From positions 50,373 to 114,372 of the forward strand of contig JAEOTO010000015.1 of NCBI GenBank assembly GCA_016839805.1: DNA of 64,000 nt, written 5' to 3'. This DNA is from Candidatus Hermodarchaeota archaeon. GTDB taxonomy: Archaea; Asgardarchaeota; Hermodarchaeia; Hermodarchaeales; Hermodarchaeaceae. The notes under the pieces were generated by a model. The model was given only the letters and a program-made list of their open reading frames with translations, did no database searches and was not told the DNA's origin. Within the stretch, counting starts at the first letter, position 1. Each line of letters begins with the position of its first letter. Positions 1-9,629 of the stretch are shown one piece after another. The translations under genes and the position numbers were made by a program.

Positions 1-662
1 AATGTGAGCCCTTGGGTTTGATTGAGGTTACGAAGCAGCTGAATGATTTCAGCTCCTGTCTTGGTATCCAGATTGCCAGTGGGCTCATCTGCTAGAATAA
101 TTCGTGGATTGTTTGCCAGCGCTCGAGCAATAGCAACCCGTTGTTGTTCGCCACCACTTAGTTCGGAGGGTACATGGGTACGACGTTCACCGAGACCTAC
201 TCGCGTTAGTAATTCGCGTGCACGACCATGGGCGTTTTCTGCTGGGACATCTGCAAACTTCAATGGTAATTCGACGTTTCCTTGGGCTGTGAGTTGAGGC
301 ATTAGGTTGAAGAACTGGAAGACAAAACCTACGCGTCGTAATCGGACATCAGCTAACTGATTATGGTCTAAGGTGGATAGGTCTAATCCCTCGACATATG
401 CCTTGCCTTCGGTTGGTTGGTCTAATGCACCTAATAGGTGAAGCAGGGTTGATTTTCCACTGCCTGAAACACCTAATATTACTAGAAATTCACCGCGGCG
501 AACTTGAAGGTCTACACCGCGAACTGCATGAACCTCCACGCTACCCATTTGGTAAGTTTTTGATAGCTTTGAGGCTTCGATAATGAATTCTGATGTGCGG
601 GATTGATAATCAAATAGTGAAGTTAATGTATCTTCGCTTTGGATGGGTTGTTCTCCGGTCAT
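1..662 (-). CDS. ABC transporter ATP-binding protein (LolD/MacB-like), 3' end runs off the window
   Basis: Manual minus-strand translation gives Walker [10 protein letters not shown], signature [15 protein letters not shown] and Walker [16 protein letters not shown] at 662 (alternative 674). Not in the ORF track. Confidence 0.9.
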   Translation of the reverse strand, partial: MTGEQPIQSEDTLTSLFDYQSRTSEFIIEASKLSKTYQMGSVEVHAVRGVDLQVRRGEFLVILGVSGSGKSTLLHLLGALDQPTEGKAYVEGLDLSTLDHNQLADVRLRRVGFVFQFFNLMPQLTAQGNVELPLKFADVPAENAHGRARELLTRVGLGERRTHVPSELSGGEQQRVAIARALANNPRIILADEPTGNLDTKTGAEIIQLLRNLNQTQGLT

Positions 663-767
663 AGAATCCACCATATTTATTTTTTGGGAGTTACTTCGCT
701 TTTTTTATGACTCTAAAAGACATGAAATTAACAAACATATATAAGCTTTAGGAATTCCTTATTTGTT

Positions 768-1253
768 ATGGCATTTCCCCCGTTCTACCAACGACCTAAA
801 GGCGTACTCCTGCGCATATCAATTCTTTGGATGCTCTATGAGGAACCCATGCATGGCTACCAACTCATGAAACGCATTGAGGAACAGACAGGCGGAGCCT
901 GGGTACCATCTCACTCACTTCTCTATAATACGCTTGGGGATCTTGAAAAGCAAGGTCTCATCACCAGTCAAAAGGATTACAAAGGCGAAGTGGAACGAAC
1001 TATCTACACTGTCACAGATAATGGAAAAGCCCATTTTGATGAAGAAGTAAGACAGATTGTTCGAATGTTTTCCCAAATGATGGGTGCCGCTGCTAAACAA
1101 CCCTTTCCGCGCATGCCACGAATTTTTCTAGAACATTTGGATAATGAAGAACGTAAGACTCTTCTCATCCAAGTTCGGGATCGCTTGAAAGAGGCCCTTA
1201 GTGAAGTGGAAAAGGATCTTGCGGAACTAAGAGAAACGAATGAAATTACTTAG
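768..1253 (+). CDS. PadR-family transcriptional regulator
   Basis: PMHGYQLMKRIEE...LYNTL..LE..G and R..Y.VT..G winged-helix pattern; divergent from the ABC gene. Confidence 0.9.
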   Translation: MAFPPFYQRPKGVLLRISILWMLYEEPMHGYQLMKRIEEQTGGAWVPSHSLLYNTLGDLEKQGLITSQKDYKGEVERTIYTVTDNGKAHFDEEVRQIVRMFSQMMGAAAKQPFPRMPRIFLEHLDNEERKTLLIQVRDRLKEALSEVEKDLAELRETNEIT

Positions 1254-1296
1254 GATTTTAATAGCCCCACTTCCCCTTACAATTTGAGTGGTTTAA

Positions 1297-1956
1297 TTGA
1301 CTGTTAAAATCAAATGGTTAGATCATGCCAGTTTCCAGATTCGATCCGAATCGAGCGTTATCTATGTTGATCTCGCAGAGGAAGCTGAACCCGCTGAAAA
1401 TGCAGACATTATCCTCGTTAGCCACATTCATGGAGATCATTGCGATCCTAAAATCATTAAGAAGGCTCGAAAAGAGGACACAGTTGTTATTGCTCCTGCT
1501 AATTGTTCATCGAAAATTGGTGGCGCGGTGACTTCATTGAAACCTGGAGAAAAAACAACTGTTAGTGACGTAACTGTCAAGGCCGTGGAAGCCTATAATT
1601 TCAAACGGTTTCGTTCCCCAGGTAATCCGTTCCATCCCAAAGGATTAGGAGTAGGTTACATCATTACACTGGAGGGCAAAACTATCTACCATGCAGGAGA
1701 CACGGATTTCATCGAAGAAATGAAACAACTCGGTCCCATTGATGTTGCATTGTTACCTATAGGTGGTAAATACACAATGGAGGTTGAGGACGGTGCAGAA
1801 GCAGCGATTGCGATTAATCCGAAAGTGGTGATTCCTCATCATCACTGGGAGGGAAAATTCGGACAGACGCCTGACGCATTCAAAAAGAGGGTCGAAGCTA
1901 CTTCTGATGTCAGTGTAGTCGTGCTTGCGCAGAATGGCGAATTTCAACTCTCCTAA
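1297..1956 (+). CDS. MBL-fold metallo-hydrolase (UPF0173-like)
   Basis: SHIHGDH, YHAGDT, LLPIGG.YTM and IPHH motifs. Confidence 0.9.
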   Translation: MTVKIKWLDHASFQIRSESSVIYVDLAEEAEPAENADIILVSHIHGDHCDPKIIKKARKEDTVVIAPANCSSKIGGAVTSLKPGEKTTVSDVTVKAVEAYNFKRFRSPGNPFHPKGLGVGYIITLEGKTIYHAGDTDFIEEMKQLGPIDVALLPIGGKYTMEVEDGAEAAIAINPKVVIPHHHWEGKFGQTPDAFKKRVEATSDVSVVVLAQNGEFQLS

Positions 1957-2020
1957 ATGTCAAGAATAATAATTCATCCATAAGAGATACTAGCTCAGTT
2001 ATTGTGCGATGAGATAGATT

Positions 2021-2800
2021 ATGCCATTGAAAGTTCAACCACTATCGAAATCTACAAAAGAAGTTGAAGATTTCCTTCGCAAAGACCTTCCATTTAATGG
2101 TCTACCTCTTTATGATTTGACAATAGCAAGGAATCAGTGCGAGTGGTTCACTGCGCATGACAAGAATCGCCTGGTTGGTTGTCTAATCGTTTTCAAAGGA
2201 GGACGGGGTATGTATAGTTTCTTCACCCGAGGAGACCTCAAAGCTGTTAAACTGCTAGTCTCCCTCCTCCCATATTCCTCGATTTTTGCCATCGTTCCAC
2301 AAGATCACCGGGTACTAGTCGAAGAACATTACCAATTCCTAACGATTGGAAAATTTCTCCTAATGGACCTTACTGAAAACCAGTATCGGAAGCCTGAAAC
2401 CCATCCAACCGAACGGCTAACACTAAGAAATCTTGAGGAAGTCAATGATTTCTACCTTACAACGAATGCCGGTGCCTGGAATCCCACACAACTGGAAATA
2501 GGGTCATTTCATGGCATTCGAGTGAGTGAAAAATTAGTGTCCATCTGTGGCACAATTGGTGTCTATCAAAAAAAGCCAGGGGTTTCTGTAATCGGTAATC
2601 TAGTTACTAAGCCAAAATTCGAGGGACATGGCTTCGGTACAAGTGTCTTATGTGGTGTAATTGATGATCTCTTCAAGAACTATCAACACGTTACCCTCAT
2701 GGTTGAATCCGATAATCATACCGCCCTTCGCATCTACGACCGTTTAGGATTTACACTTCATGCAACTCAAACTATTGGTGTATGCCAGCGACGAGTCTAG
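2021..2800 (+). CDS. GNAT-family acetyltransferase (FR47-like C-terminal domain)
   Basis: IGNLVT.P.F.G.GFG, N..A.RIY.RLGF. Confidence 0.8.
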   Translation: MPLKVQPLSKSTKEVEDFLRKDLPFNGLPLYDLTIARNQCEWFTAHDKNRLVGCLIVFKGGRGMYSFFTRGDLKAVKLLVSLLPYSSIFAIVPQDHRVLVEEHYQFLTIGKFLLMDLTENQYRKPETHPTERLTLRNLEEVNDFYLTTNAGAWNPTQLEIGSFHGIRVSEKLVSICGTIGVYQKKPGVSVIGNLVTKPKFEGHGFGTSVLCGVIDDLFKNYQHVTLMVESDNHTALRIYDRLGFTLHATQTIGVCQRRV

Positions 2801-2847
2801 TCTTTGAGAGGAAACATTTTTAATTTAGAAAGTTGAACTCGGTCTTG

Positions 2848-3004
2848 AGGCGTATCCGGTGAGGATGAATCTTCAGGATAAATAGGCCTTTTCGCCATGT
2901 GGACAGTGAGATTGGCGAATCTTTTTCAAAATCATCTTTTGGATGGAAAATGAGATGGAAAGACTGGACAGATAATCGTGTCTGAATGCGATTGGGTTAG
3001 TCCA
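2848..3004 (+). ncRNA. Candidate structured RNA or leader with four consecutive hairpins
   Basis: Hand-paired stems lie about 25 nt after a TTTTTAA box at 2817-2823; see findings. Confidence 0.3.
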
Positions 3005-3090
3005 ATTTATATTAATTAAATACTAATTCTTTTAGAAAACCTTTTATACTAAAGGTGCCTACCTCGAACCAAAACATAGGAGGCGTAACC

Positions 3091-4140
3091 ATGCCCCTTA
3101 CCCAAGAGCCTATAGCAGAACTCACCAACGTTGTCAGAATCTATACAAAACCCCTCCGACGCCCGAGAAAAGGCACTCTTCGCCGCTTTGTCGGATTCCT
3201 TAAGCGCGAGAAGCAAAAGATCCGAGCCTTAGACGGTGTGAGCTTCAAAATTCATCCAGGTGAATGTGTAGCCCTGCTAGGGCCAAATGGGGCTGGGAAA
3301 TCCACCACCGTCAAACTACTCAGTGGCATCTTACACCCCACTTCGGGTCAAGTACGTCTCTTCAATTCAGACCCCTATCACAACAGAATCGACTGTGCCA
3401 TGCAATATGGAGTCGTATTCGGGCAACGTAGCCTCTTATGGACACATGTTCCGGTTCATGAAAGCCTGAAGTTATATCAGAAAATGTATAACATCCCGAA
3501 ATCCATCTTCGAAGAACGACTCAAAGAATTCACTGAAATCCTTGAAATCAAAGAACATCTTCCGACAGCTCCACGACGTCTTTCCTTAGGCGAACGAATG
3601 CGATGTGAAGTCATTGCAGCATTATTACATCAGCCCAAAGTGATCTTTCTTGATGAACCAACGGTTGGTCTAGATGTTGTAGCGAAAAAACGAATTCGGG
3701 ATTTCATTCGCCGCATGAACCGAGAAGAAAAAGTTACTGTTCTCCTTTGTAGTCACAGCATGCGCGACGTTGAAGAACTTAGTGATCGCATCATTCTAAT
3801 CTCTAAAGGTCACATCAAATTTGACGGACCTAAACGCCGACTCAAACACCAATGGAGCAACGAACGCAAAATTCGAATCATCTATAAAAAACCAAACGTT
3901 GCTAACTGGCAAAACCAACTCGAGGGGACTCCCGGGGTAATAAATATCCAAGCAGAAAATGGTCAAGTTAATCTTCGAATCAATCAAGATCAAGTCCATG
4001 TCAGTGATATCATGAAGAAGCTGATGGACATGCTGATAGTTGATGATATCGAAGTTACTGAACCAAATCTCGAAGACATAATTCGCGAAATATTTGGCGA
4101 CGAAGAACGCACCCTCAATCAACTGGCGGAGGTAACTTGA
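3091..4140 (+). CDS. ABC transporter ATP-binding protein (drug-exporter type)
   Basis: GPNGAGKST, LSLGERMR, FLDEPT; GGAGG before ATG 3091. Confidence 0.92.
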   Translation: MPLTQEPIAELTNVVRIYTKPLRRPRKGTLRRFVGFLKREKQKIRALDGVSFKIHPGECVALLGPNGAGKSTTVKLLSGILHPTSGQVRLFNSDPYHNRIDCAMQYGVVFGQRSLLWTHVPVHESLKLYQKMYNIPKSIFEERLKEFTEILEIKEHLPTAPRRLSLGERMRCEVIAALLHQPKVIFLDEPTVGLDVVAKKRIRDFIRRMNREEKVTVLLCSHSMRDVEELSDRIILISKGHIKFDGPKRRLKHQWSNERKIRIIYKKPNVANWQNQLEGTPGVINIQAENGQVNLRINQDQVHVSDIMKKLMDMLIVDDIEVTEPNLEDIIREIFGDEERTLNQLAEVT

Positions 4141-4971
4141 ATGCGAACCCAAGATATACTTCGTCAACTAAAACTACTCCCTAGCTATCTACGGCTTTCC
4201 CTTCTTCGTACTGCAGAAGACAAAATCCAGCTTTGGGGAGCTTTCGCCACCTCGATAATAAGCATCGTATTGTATGTGTTCTTCTGGAATGTTATCACAT
4301 ACCAAATCCCAGTACTCACAGGTGTTGGATGGGTAGTATGGGGTCGAGCGGAACTAACCTTCCTGATTGGTGTAACAGAAATTGCATGGGGGTTTGGTTC
4401 ATTTGCATATATGGGGCTCTGGGAAGTACACTGGTATATCACAGAGATTGGATTAGAAGAATTCCGGATTCGACCTGTAAGCTCTATCTACCAAATATTC
4501 GCTCAGAATTTTTGGGCAGGTGGACTGCTCCAAGTGGCTATAGGGGGAGCTATGCTTTTCCTCTCTACGATTACCTTCGGATTAGTAATAATTCCAATCA
4601 ATTTGGTATTAGGGATTTTCGCCCTCCTTATTGGACAAGCAGCCTTGTACATCCTTTGGGGCTGTCTATGCTGTTTGGCCTTTTGGATAGGACGAAATCA
4701 GGGTTTACTCGAGGTCTCTGATGCCGTGGAAATGAATTTTGCCCGAATGCCAATAGACATCATGCCACTTGGTGTTCAGTATTTCCTCACTTTCATCTTA
4801 CCAGTGATTTTCATCTCCACTATCCCAACTATGATTATGTTAGGTCAATTACCTCTAGGGTTAATATTGGTCTATTTTGTGATTGCAGGTGTTCTCGTTT
4901 TAGTATGGAGCGTCGTATTCAGATCTCTCTGGGCAAAGGGGGTAAAACGGTACCAACCTGTTGGAGGCTGA
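4141..4971 (+). CDS. ABC-2 family permease (DUF990-like)
   Basis: About six TM segments, RP and P.DI.P motifs; abuts the ATPase. Confidence 0.85.
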   Translation: MRTQDILRQLKLLPSYLRLSLLRTAEDKIQLWGAFATSIISIVLYVFFWNVITYQIPVLTGVGWVVWGRAELTFLIGVTEIAWGFGSFAYMGLWEVHWYITEIGLEEFRIRPVSSIYQIFAQNFWAGGLLQVAIGGAMLFLSTITFGLVIIPINLVLGIFALLIGQAALYILWGCLCCLAFWIGRNQGLLEVSDAVEMNFARMPIDIMPLGVQYFLTFILPVIFISTIPTMIMLGQLPLGLILVYFVIAGVLVLVWSVVFRSLWAKGVKRYQPVGG

Positions 4972-4975
4972 GAAA

Positions 4976-5800
4976 ATGGCACAACGATCTCGACTTCGTA
5001 GTTATTTGGCAGTATCTGAAATCTCATTTCGAAATATGCGCCAGTATACCATAGAATTTCTAACTACCTTTGCGTACTTCCCCGCCCAATTAATCGCCCT
5101 ATTCTTTGTCTATTCTATCGTTTACTTTCAAGCCCTGATTCTCAATGGTGTCACTGTAATTGGTGGGTTTACATTCCCCCAACTGATTAGTTATCTCTTC
5201 ATTGCTATTATCATGTATCACGTTATCCCAGTTTATCGATTGAGTGGTGAAGTGGAAAAGGACATCGTCCGAGGTCCACTCATCTCTTATCTGGCAAAAC
5301 CCATTGACTATGCAGGATTCAAATTCTTCGGAGAACTCCCCCGCACTCTTCTCTACCTCTTCTTCGGCGCTATTACCTATAGTATCACATTGATCTTCAT
5401 ACCACTCCCAATGCCATCCCTACTCAACATCCTCTTATTCATCCCCTTCTTCTATCTCGGTTATCTAATGGCCTTTCTACTCATATTTACGATGGCCTTG
5501 GCCGCCTTCTGGGTGAGTCACCAATGGTGGTTACGGCATCTGTTCAGCCTGTTAATGGCCATCATAGGCGGTGGACTAATTCCACTCAGCTTCTATCCAC
5601 ACACTATTCAACTCGTTCTGAGTATCCTTCCCTTCCAATACCTCTACTTTGTTCCCGCAATAATCTTTCAAGGCTACTACCTCCCTGAACTTCTAATACC
5701 ACTCGCTGTACTTGGGGTATTTTGGCTTGTCATCGTTTATGGCCTATCGCGTCTAGTCTGGTATCGAGGACGCCACCAATATGAGGGTGCAGGGGGTTAA
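4976..5800 (+). CDS. ABC-2 family permease (DUF990-like)
   Basis: G....YL.KP, GG.LIPL.FYP, LPF.Y motifs; hydrophobic. Confidence 0.88.
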   Translation: MAQRSRLRSYLAVSEISFRNMRQYTIEFLTTFAYFPAQLIALFFVYSIVYFQALILNGVTVIGGFTFPQLISYLFIAIIMYHVIPVYRLSGEVEKDIVRGPLISYLAKPIDYAGFKFFGELPRTLLYLFFGAITYSITLIFIPLPMPSLLNILLFIPFFYLGYLMAFLLIFTMALAAFWVSHQWWLRHLFSLLMAIIGGGLIPLSFYPHTIQLVLSILPFQYLYFVPAIIFQGYYLPELLIPLAVLGVFWLVIVYGLSRLVWYRGRHQYEGAGG

Positions 5801-5932
5801 AGACAAATTCAAAACCATATTGCAAATAATGATGAATTGATAATTTAGATATCTAAAGGCAAATGAATATGATTGAACTCATAGCGAAAGATGGGATTAA
5901 ATATAACATCATACGACCACCATCGACTACAG

Positions 5933-6691
5933 ATGCCATTTCACCTTATTGACGGAAAACAACTGTTTTATCAGATTCAGGGTCAAGGATTACCCTTAGT
6001 CCTAATCCATAGTTCGATGCAAAGCCACCGACAGTGGCAATACCAACAGAGCATAGCGAAGCAGGAACGACTCATTTTATTAGATTTGCCTGGGCATGGT
6101 CAATCCGAGCAATTGGATGGTGACGTTTCAGTAAAGCGTTTAACAAGCATTGTTGCCCAACTCATTCAAAAATTAGATTTCGATAAAATCATTTTTCTGG
6201 GACACTCCATCGGTGGAGCAATCGGACTTCAGTTTGCCCTTGATTATGCTGAACTTTTAGAGGGACTCATATTAGTTGGAACAGGAGCAAAAATGGGTGT
6301 GTTTCCAGCGATTTTGGAAGATATCCGAACGCATTATCATGAGGGCATTGAACTTACCATTGGTCAGCTCGGATTTGGATCAACTGCGGACCCCAAGCTC
6401 GTCGAATTTGCAAAGCAAGAATGTTTTCACTGTAATCCTAAGGTGGCCTACGATGATTTTAATGCCTGTAACAACTTTGACGTTCGACAGCGACTCAACC
6501 AAATACACATACCAACCCTAGTCATTGTAGGGGATGAAGACCAACTCACACCCTTGAAGTGGTCTCAATTCCTCGCGAACCAGATACCCAATGCTGACTT
6601 GGTGGTCATCGAAAGTGCAGGTCATATGGTGATGATGGAACAACCCGAGCAATTCAACAATGCTATCAAGTCATTTCTTCAGAAATTTTGA
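5933..6691 (+). CDS. Alpha/beta hydrolase
   Basis: DLPGHG, nucleophile GHSIG, GDEDQLTP, AGHM. Confidence 0.92.
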   Translation: MPFHLIDGKQLFYQIQGQGLPLVLIHSSMQSHRQWQYQQSIAKQERLILLDLPGHGQSEQLDGDVSVKRLTSIVAQLIQKLDFDKIIFLGHSIGGAIGLQFALDYAELLEGLILVGTGAKMGVFPAILEDIRTHYHEGIELTIGQLGFGSTADPKLVEFAKQECFHCNPKVAYDDFNACNNFDVRQRLNQIHIPTLVIVGDEDQLTPLKWSQFLANQIPNADLVVIESAGHMVMMEQPEQFNNAIKSFLQKF

Positions 6692-6715
6692 GTATTTCAT
6701 CGAATATTTCTGGAT

Positions 6716-6877
6716 GCCGGTATAGGAGTCCTTATAGAGTTTCACTCCATATTGGGGCTGCTTCTCTTAGATGGGCGGAGATAACGAGAAGCTATTGGAA
6801 GTATGGTCGCATTGGCGGGATTGTCACATGCCACCCAGCTGTTGACGATTCTTCTAGTCTCCGCCCCCCGCCATTTT
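6716..6877 (+). ncRNA. Candidate double-pseudoknot structured RNA, class unknown
   Basis: Six helices paired by hand; G-U pairs favour the + strand; ends in TTTT; see findings. Confidence 0.6.
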
Positions 6878-6944
6878 CTATAATCTGTAAATTTTTCTAA
6901 ATCTTATTGTAAATGGTTAACAAAATTCCATTGAAGGGATTAAT

Positions 6945-7769
6945 GTGCCTGAACTTCCTGATATCCTTCTGCTAGCAGAAAGCATGAACAAAGCATTAGT
7001 TGAAAAGATAATTTTCGATTCCAAGGTGAACCAGCCCAAAGTCTTGAACTATTCTAAATCCACATTTCAAAAGCGTGTTAAAGGACGTTGTTTTCAGGGG
7101 TTTCGTCAACGAGGGAAATGGGTGATTAGTTATTTAGATAATAAATGGATGATTGCATTCAATTTGGGGATGGGGGGTGAACTTCGACTTCATTGGTCCG
7201 TTGAGACACCAGATCCAAAACGAGAAAGAATCATCTTCTTCTTCGAAAACGGTGATCAACTCTGGGTGCATTTTTGGTGGTTTGGACATGTTCACCTCAT
7301 TAAACCCGGAAATGAAGCAAAACACGCACAATTAGGTACACTTGGTATTGAACCACTTAGTGATGCATTTACATCAGAGGTTCTCGCTTCGATACTTCAA
7401 AACAAAAAGGGGCGCATCAAAAGTTACTTGCTGGACCAAAAGTTCATTGCAGGTATAGGTAATGTTTACGTCCAAGATATTCTCTGGTATGCTCGCCTTC
7501 ACCCTAATCGTAAAGCCAATACACTCAATCTAGTTGATATTGAACGCCTCCATGAAGCTATCCAGCACGTTCTTCAGGAGGGCATTCGTTGGGGTCCTGG
7601 TCCCGGAGAGCAAGATGTATGGGGGCAACGAGGTCAGTGGGGAAAAAAACCAGGATGGCCACAAATAGCCTACAGGACAGGAAAATCCTGCCCTACATGT
7701 CAAACAGTCGTGGAAGAGGTACGGATCGGGAGTACCACGAGTTATATCTGTCCGCATTGTCAAAGCTAG
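6945..7769 (+). CDS. mutM: Fpg/Nei-family DNA glycosylase
   Basis: N-terminal PELPD, RGK, LGM.G, H2TH LLDQ..IAGIGNVY and a C-terminal CxxC...CxxCQ zinc finger. Confidence 0.85.
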   Translation: MPELPDILLLAESMNKALVEKIIFDSKVNQPKVLNYSKSTFQKRVKGRCFQGFRQRGKWVISYLDNKWMIAFNLGMGGELRLHWSVETPDPKRERIIFFFENGDQLWVHFWWFGHVHLIKPGNEAKHAQLGTLGIEPLSDAFTSEVLASILQNKKGRIKSYLLDQKFIAGIGNVYVQDILWYARLHPNRKANTLNLVDIERLHEAIQHVLQEGIRWGPGPGEQDVWGQRGQWGKKPGWPQIAYRTGKSCPTCQTVVEEVRIGSTTSYICPHCQS

Positions 7770-7792
7770 ACTCACATGCAGGTTTGATTTAT

Positions 7793-8245
7793 ATGACGAA
7801 AAAAGCAATTCAAGACCAGTGGTCTGAACTTGACTCGATGTGTTGGGGTTGTGGAAGAAACAATAAAAATGGGTTGCAATTAAAGAGCTACTGGGAGGGG
7901 GATGAAACTGTTGCCACGTGGCATCCCCAACCATATCATTTAGCCTTTCCAGGAACCCTCTGTGGGGGAATTATCGCCAGCTTAATTGATTGCCACAGTA
8001 CAAACACCGCTAACGCTGCAGCAAATAAAGAGGCAGAGAAAGAGTCTGGGTCAGATCCACCAAAGGGTTATGTTACAGGTTCATTGTTTGTGAAATACCT
8101 CAAACCAACTTCTGTGGACAAACCAGTCATATTACGTGCCAAAGTCAAGGAACGTAAAGGACGAAAGATTACAGTGACATGTTCGCTTTACTCAGAAGGT
8201 ATTGAAACGGCACAGGGTGAAGTAGTTGCCATACAATTTTTTTAG
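7793..8245 (+). CDS. PaaI/hotdog-fold thioesterase
   Basis: CWGCG..N..GL, GGIIASLIDCH, V.YLKP; the real start is likely ATG 7793, not 7589. Confidence 0.85.
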   Translation: MTKKAIQDQWSELDSMCWGCGRNNKNGLQLKSYWEGDETVATWHPQPYHLAFPGTLCGGIIASLIDCHSTNTANAAANKEAEKESGSDPPKGYVTGSLFVKYLKPTSVDKPVILRAKVKERKGRKITVTCSLYSEGIETAQGEVVAIQFF

Positions 8246-8313
8246 CTAGAATTTATGAATGAGCAAGGAATAATGAGGAACACAATTGGCAGAATCAGGC
8301 TGGTGATGAGCTT

Positions 8314-9081
8314 TTGAAGAAACGCATTCAACCACATATACGACTCGGTGAAGGTGACGTCGCGAAAATCGTGTTTATTGCAGGAAATCCCGACCGCGTC
8401 CCTAAAATTGCAAATAAGATGAAAGATCCTGCTGAAATTGGAAACTATCGCGGTCTCGTATCGTATCGCGCTTTTACTCCCGAAGGTGTTGAGGTTACAG
8501 TAGCTACCTCGGGGATGGGTACGCCCTCTACCCACATTGTCATCGAAGAACTCCATAAACTAGGTGCTGAAGTATTTATTCGGATTGGAACCTGTGGCGG
8601 TGTCAATCCCAAACTAAAAACTGGAGATGTCGTTGTGGCGACAGGTGCAGTTCGTGATGAACTCACTAGCTCCAATTATGCCCCTATGGAATACCCGGCA
8701 GTCGCAACTCCAGAATTATATTTAGCCCTCCTCAAAGCGATTCAAGAGCTTCTTCCTACAACTCGCATTCATGCAGGCCTTGTTTGGTCAACTGATATCT
8801 ACTATGATCATCGTGAGGGAGATATCTTAGGGCGGTGGACACGGGCACGCGTCCAATGTGTGGAAATGGAATCCTCATTACTTTTTGTCTTTGCACAAAC
8901 CCGTGGAATCCATGCTGGTTCAATCTTAGCATGTGATGGCAACCTCCATTCCCACCAGAAAGGTGAACAGACCGATGAGACAGAACAAACCGGAGAACAG
9001 AACCCCCTCTTAGTGGAAGCCGTGTCTAAAGAAACTGAAGCCGCAATCAAAGCCGTTGATGAATTATACGCATCAAAATAG
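8314..9081 (+). CDS. Nucleoside (uridine/purine) phosphorylase
   Basis: GNPDRV, GMGTPS, RIGTCGG, VEMES. Confidence 0.9.
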   Translation: MKKRIQPHIRLGEGDVAKIVFIAGNPDRVPKIANKMKDPAEIGNYRGLVSYRAFTPEGVEVTVATSGMGTPSTHIVIEELHKLGAEVFIRIGTCGGVNPKLKTGDVVVATGAVRDELTSSNYAPMEYPAVATPELYLALLKAIQELLPTTRIHAGLVWSTDIYYDHREGDILGRWTRARVQCVEMESSLLFVFAQTRGIHAGSILACDGNLHSHQKGEQTDETEQTGEQNPLLVEAVSKETEAAIKAVDELYASK

Positions 9082-9209
9082 CTACTTTTCACGCCTCAAA
9101 GGATAGTGATAAGAAGGCAAAAGTCAAGATATAGATTGTTAAGGAGCAACAACCCTTAACCCCTAAGCAAGTAGCTCTTCACTCGAAGCGGTCTTCATAT
9201 CAGTAACTG

Positions 9210-9461
9210 ATGACTGATGAGGCTCATCCTAGGAGTGAAAAAACGTTGAGGCTAATCAAATGTACAATAAGAGGTCACGATTATGTACCTCTATACGCTA
9301 GACTCAACAATGACCCGGAAGGGCCCATTGAAGGAATCATGCACGTTTGCCGGCGCTGCGGCAATCAGAAACCATTCCAAGGTTTACTCCGTAAGGGAGC
9401 TAAGCTCTTCAACGATAAGGGTCAGTGGCTGACCACCGTTGAAAAAGAAGCTGTTATCTAA
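9210..9461 (+). CDS. Small zinc-finger protein (DUF1660-like)
   Basis: C-x3-GH...CRRCG. Confidence 0.55.
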   Translation: MTDEAHPRSEKTLRLIKCTIRGHDYVPLYARLNNDPEGPIEGIMHVCRRCGNQKPFQGLLRKGAKLFNDKGQWLTTVEKEAVI

Positions 9462-9536
9462 CTTTTTTGTCGAAAACTATTACAATTACTTCAGCTAACT
9501 GGCTATGATTTATCCCTCATTAGGAGCTGTTATGTT

Positions 9537-9629
9537 TTGCGAAATCAGCTGAAGGGTTGGAACCTGTTCCGTATAGTATACCTCATCGTGTTACTCATTG
9601 CCATGTTGGTGTACTTCGACTTTCATTAA
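9537..9629 (+). CDS. Putative 30-aa single-TM microprotein
   Basis: TTG start about 10 nt after AGGAG; MRNQLKGWNLFRIVYLIVLLIAMLVYFDFH. Confidence 0.35.
   Translation: MRNQLKGWNLFRIVYLIVLLIAMLVYFDFH

Noticed and set aside
43-583. Plus-strand ORFs 43-297 and 398-583, and the many other short ORFs overlapping real genes
   Set aside because: Antisense or alternate-frame shadows of well-supported CDSs
2865-2975. Frame containing C-G-Q-TGA (CxxU-like selenoprotein motif)
   Set aside because: An in-frame TAG precedes it, there is no recognisable fold and no convincing SECIS; probably chance
6851-6873. tRNA-like 3' end (TTCTAGT...GCCA), including possible tRNA-Sec or an intron-split tRNA
   Set aside because: No matching 5' acceptor strand or D/anticodon arms could be built in 7/5 or 9/4 geometry
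6688-6900. 70-aa ORF over the structured element
   Set aside because: No protein-like features; the base-pairing pattern explains the sequence better
7589-7792. N-terminal extension of the thioesterase ORF overlapping mutM
   Set aside because: The recognisable domain begins at ATG 7793; the extension is an open-frame artefact
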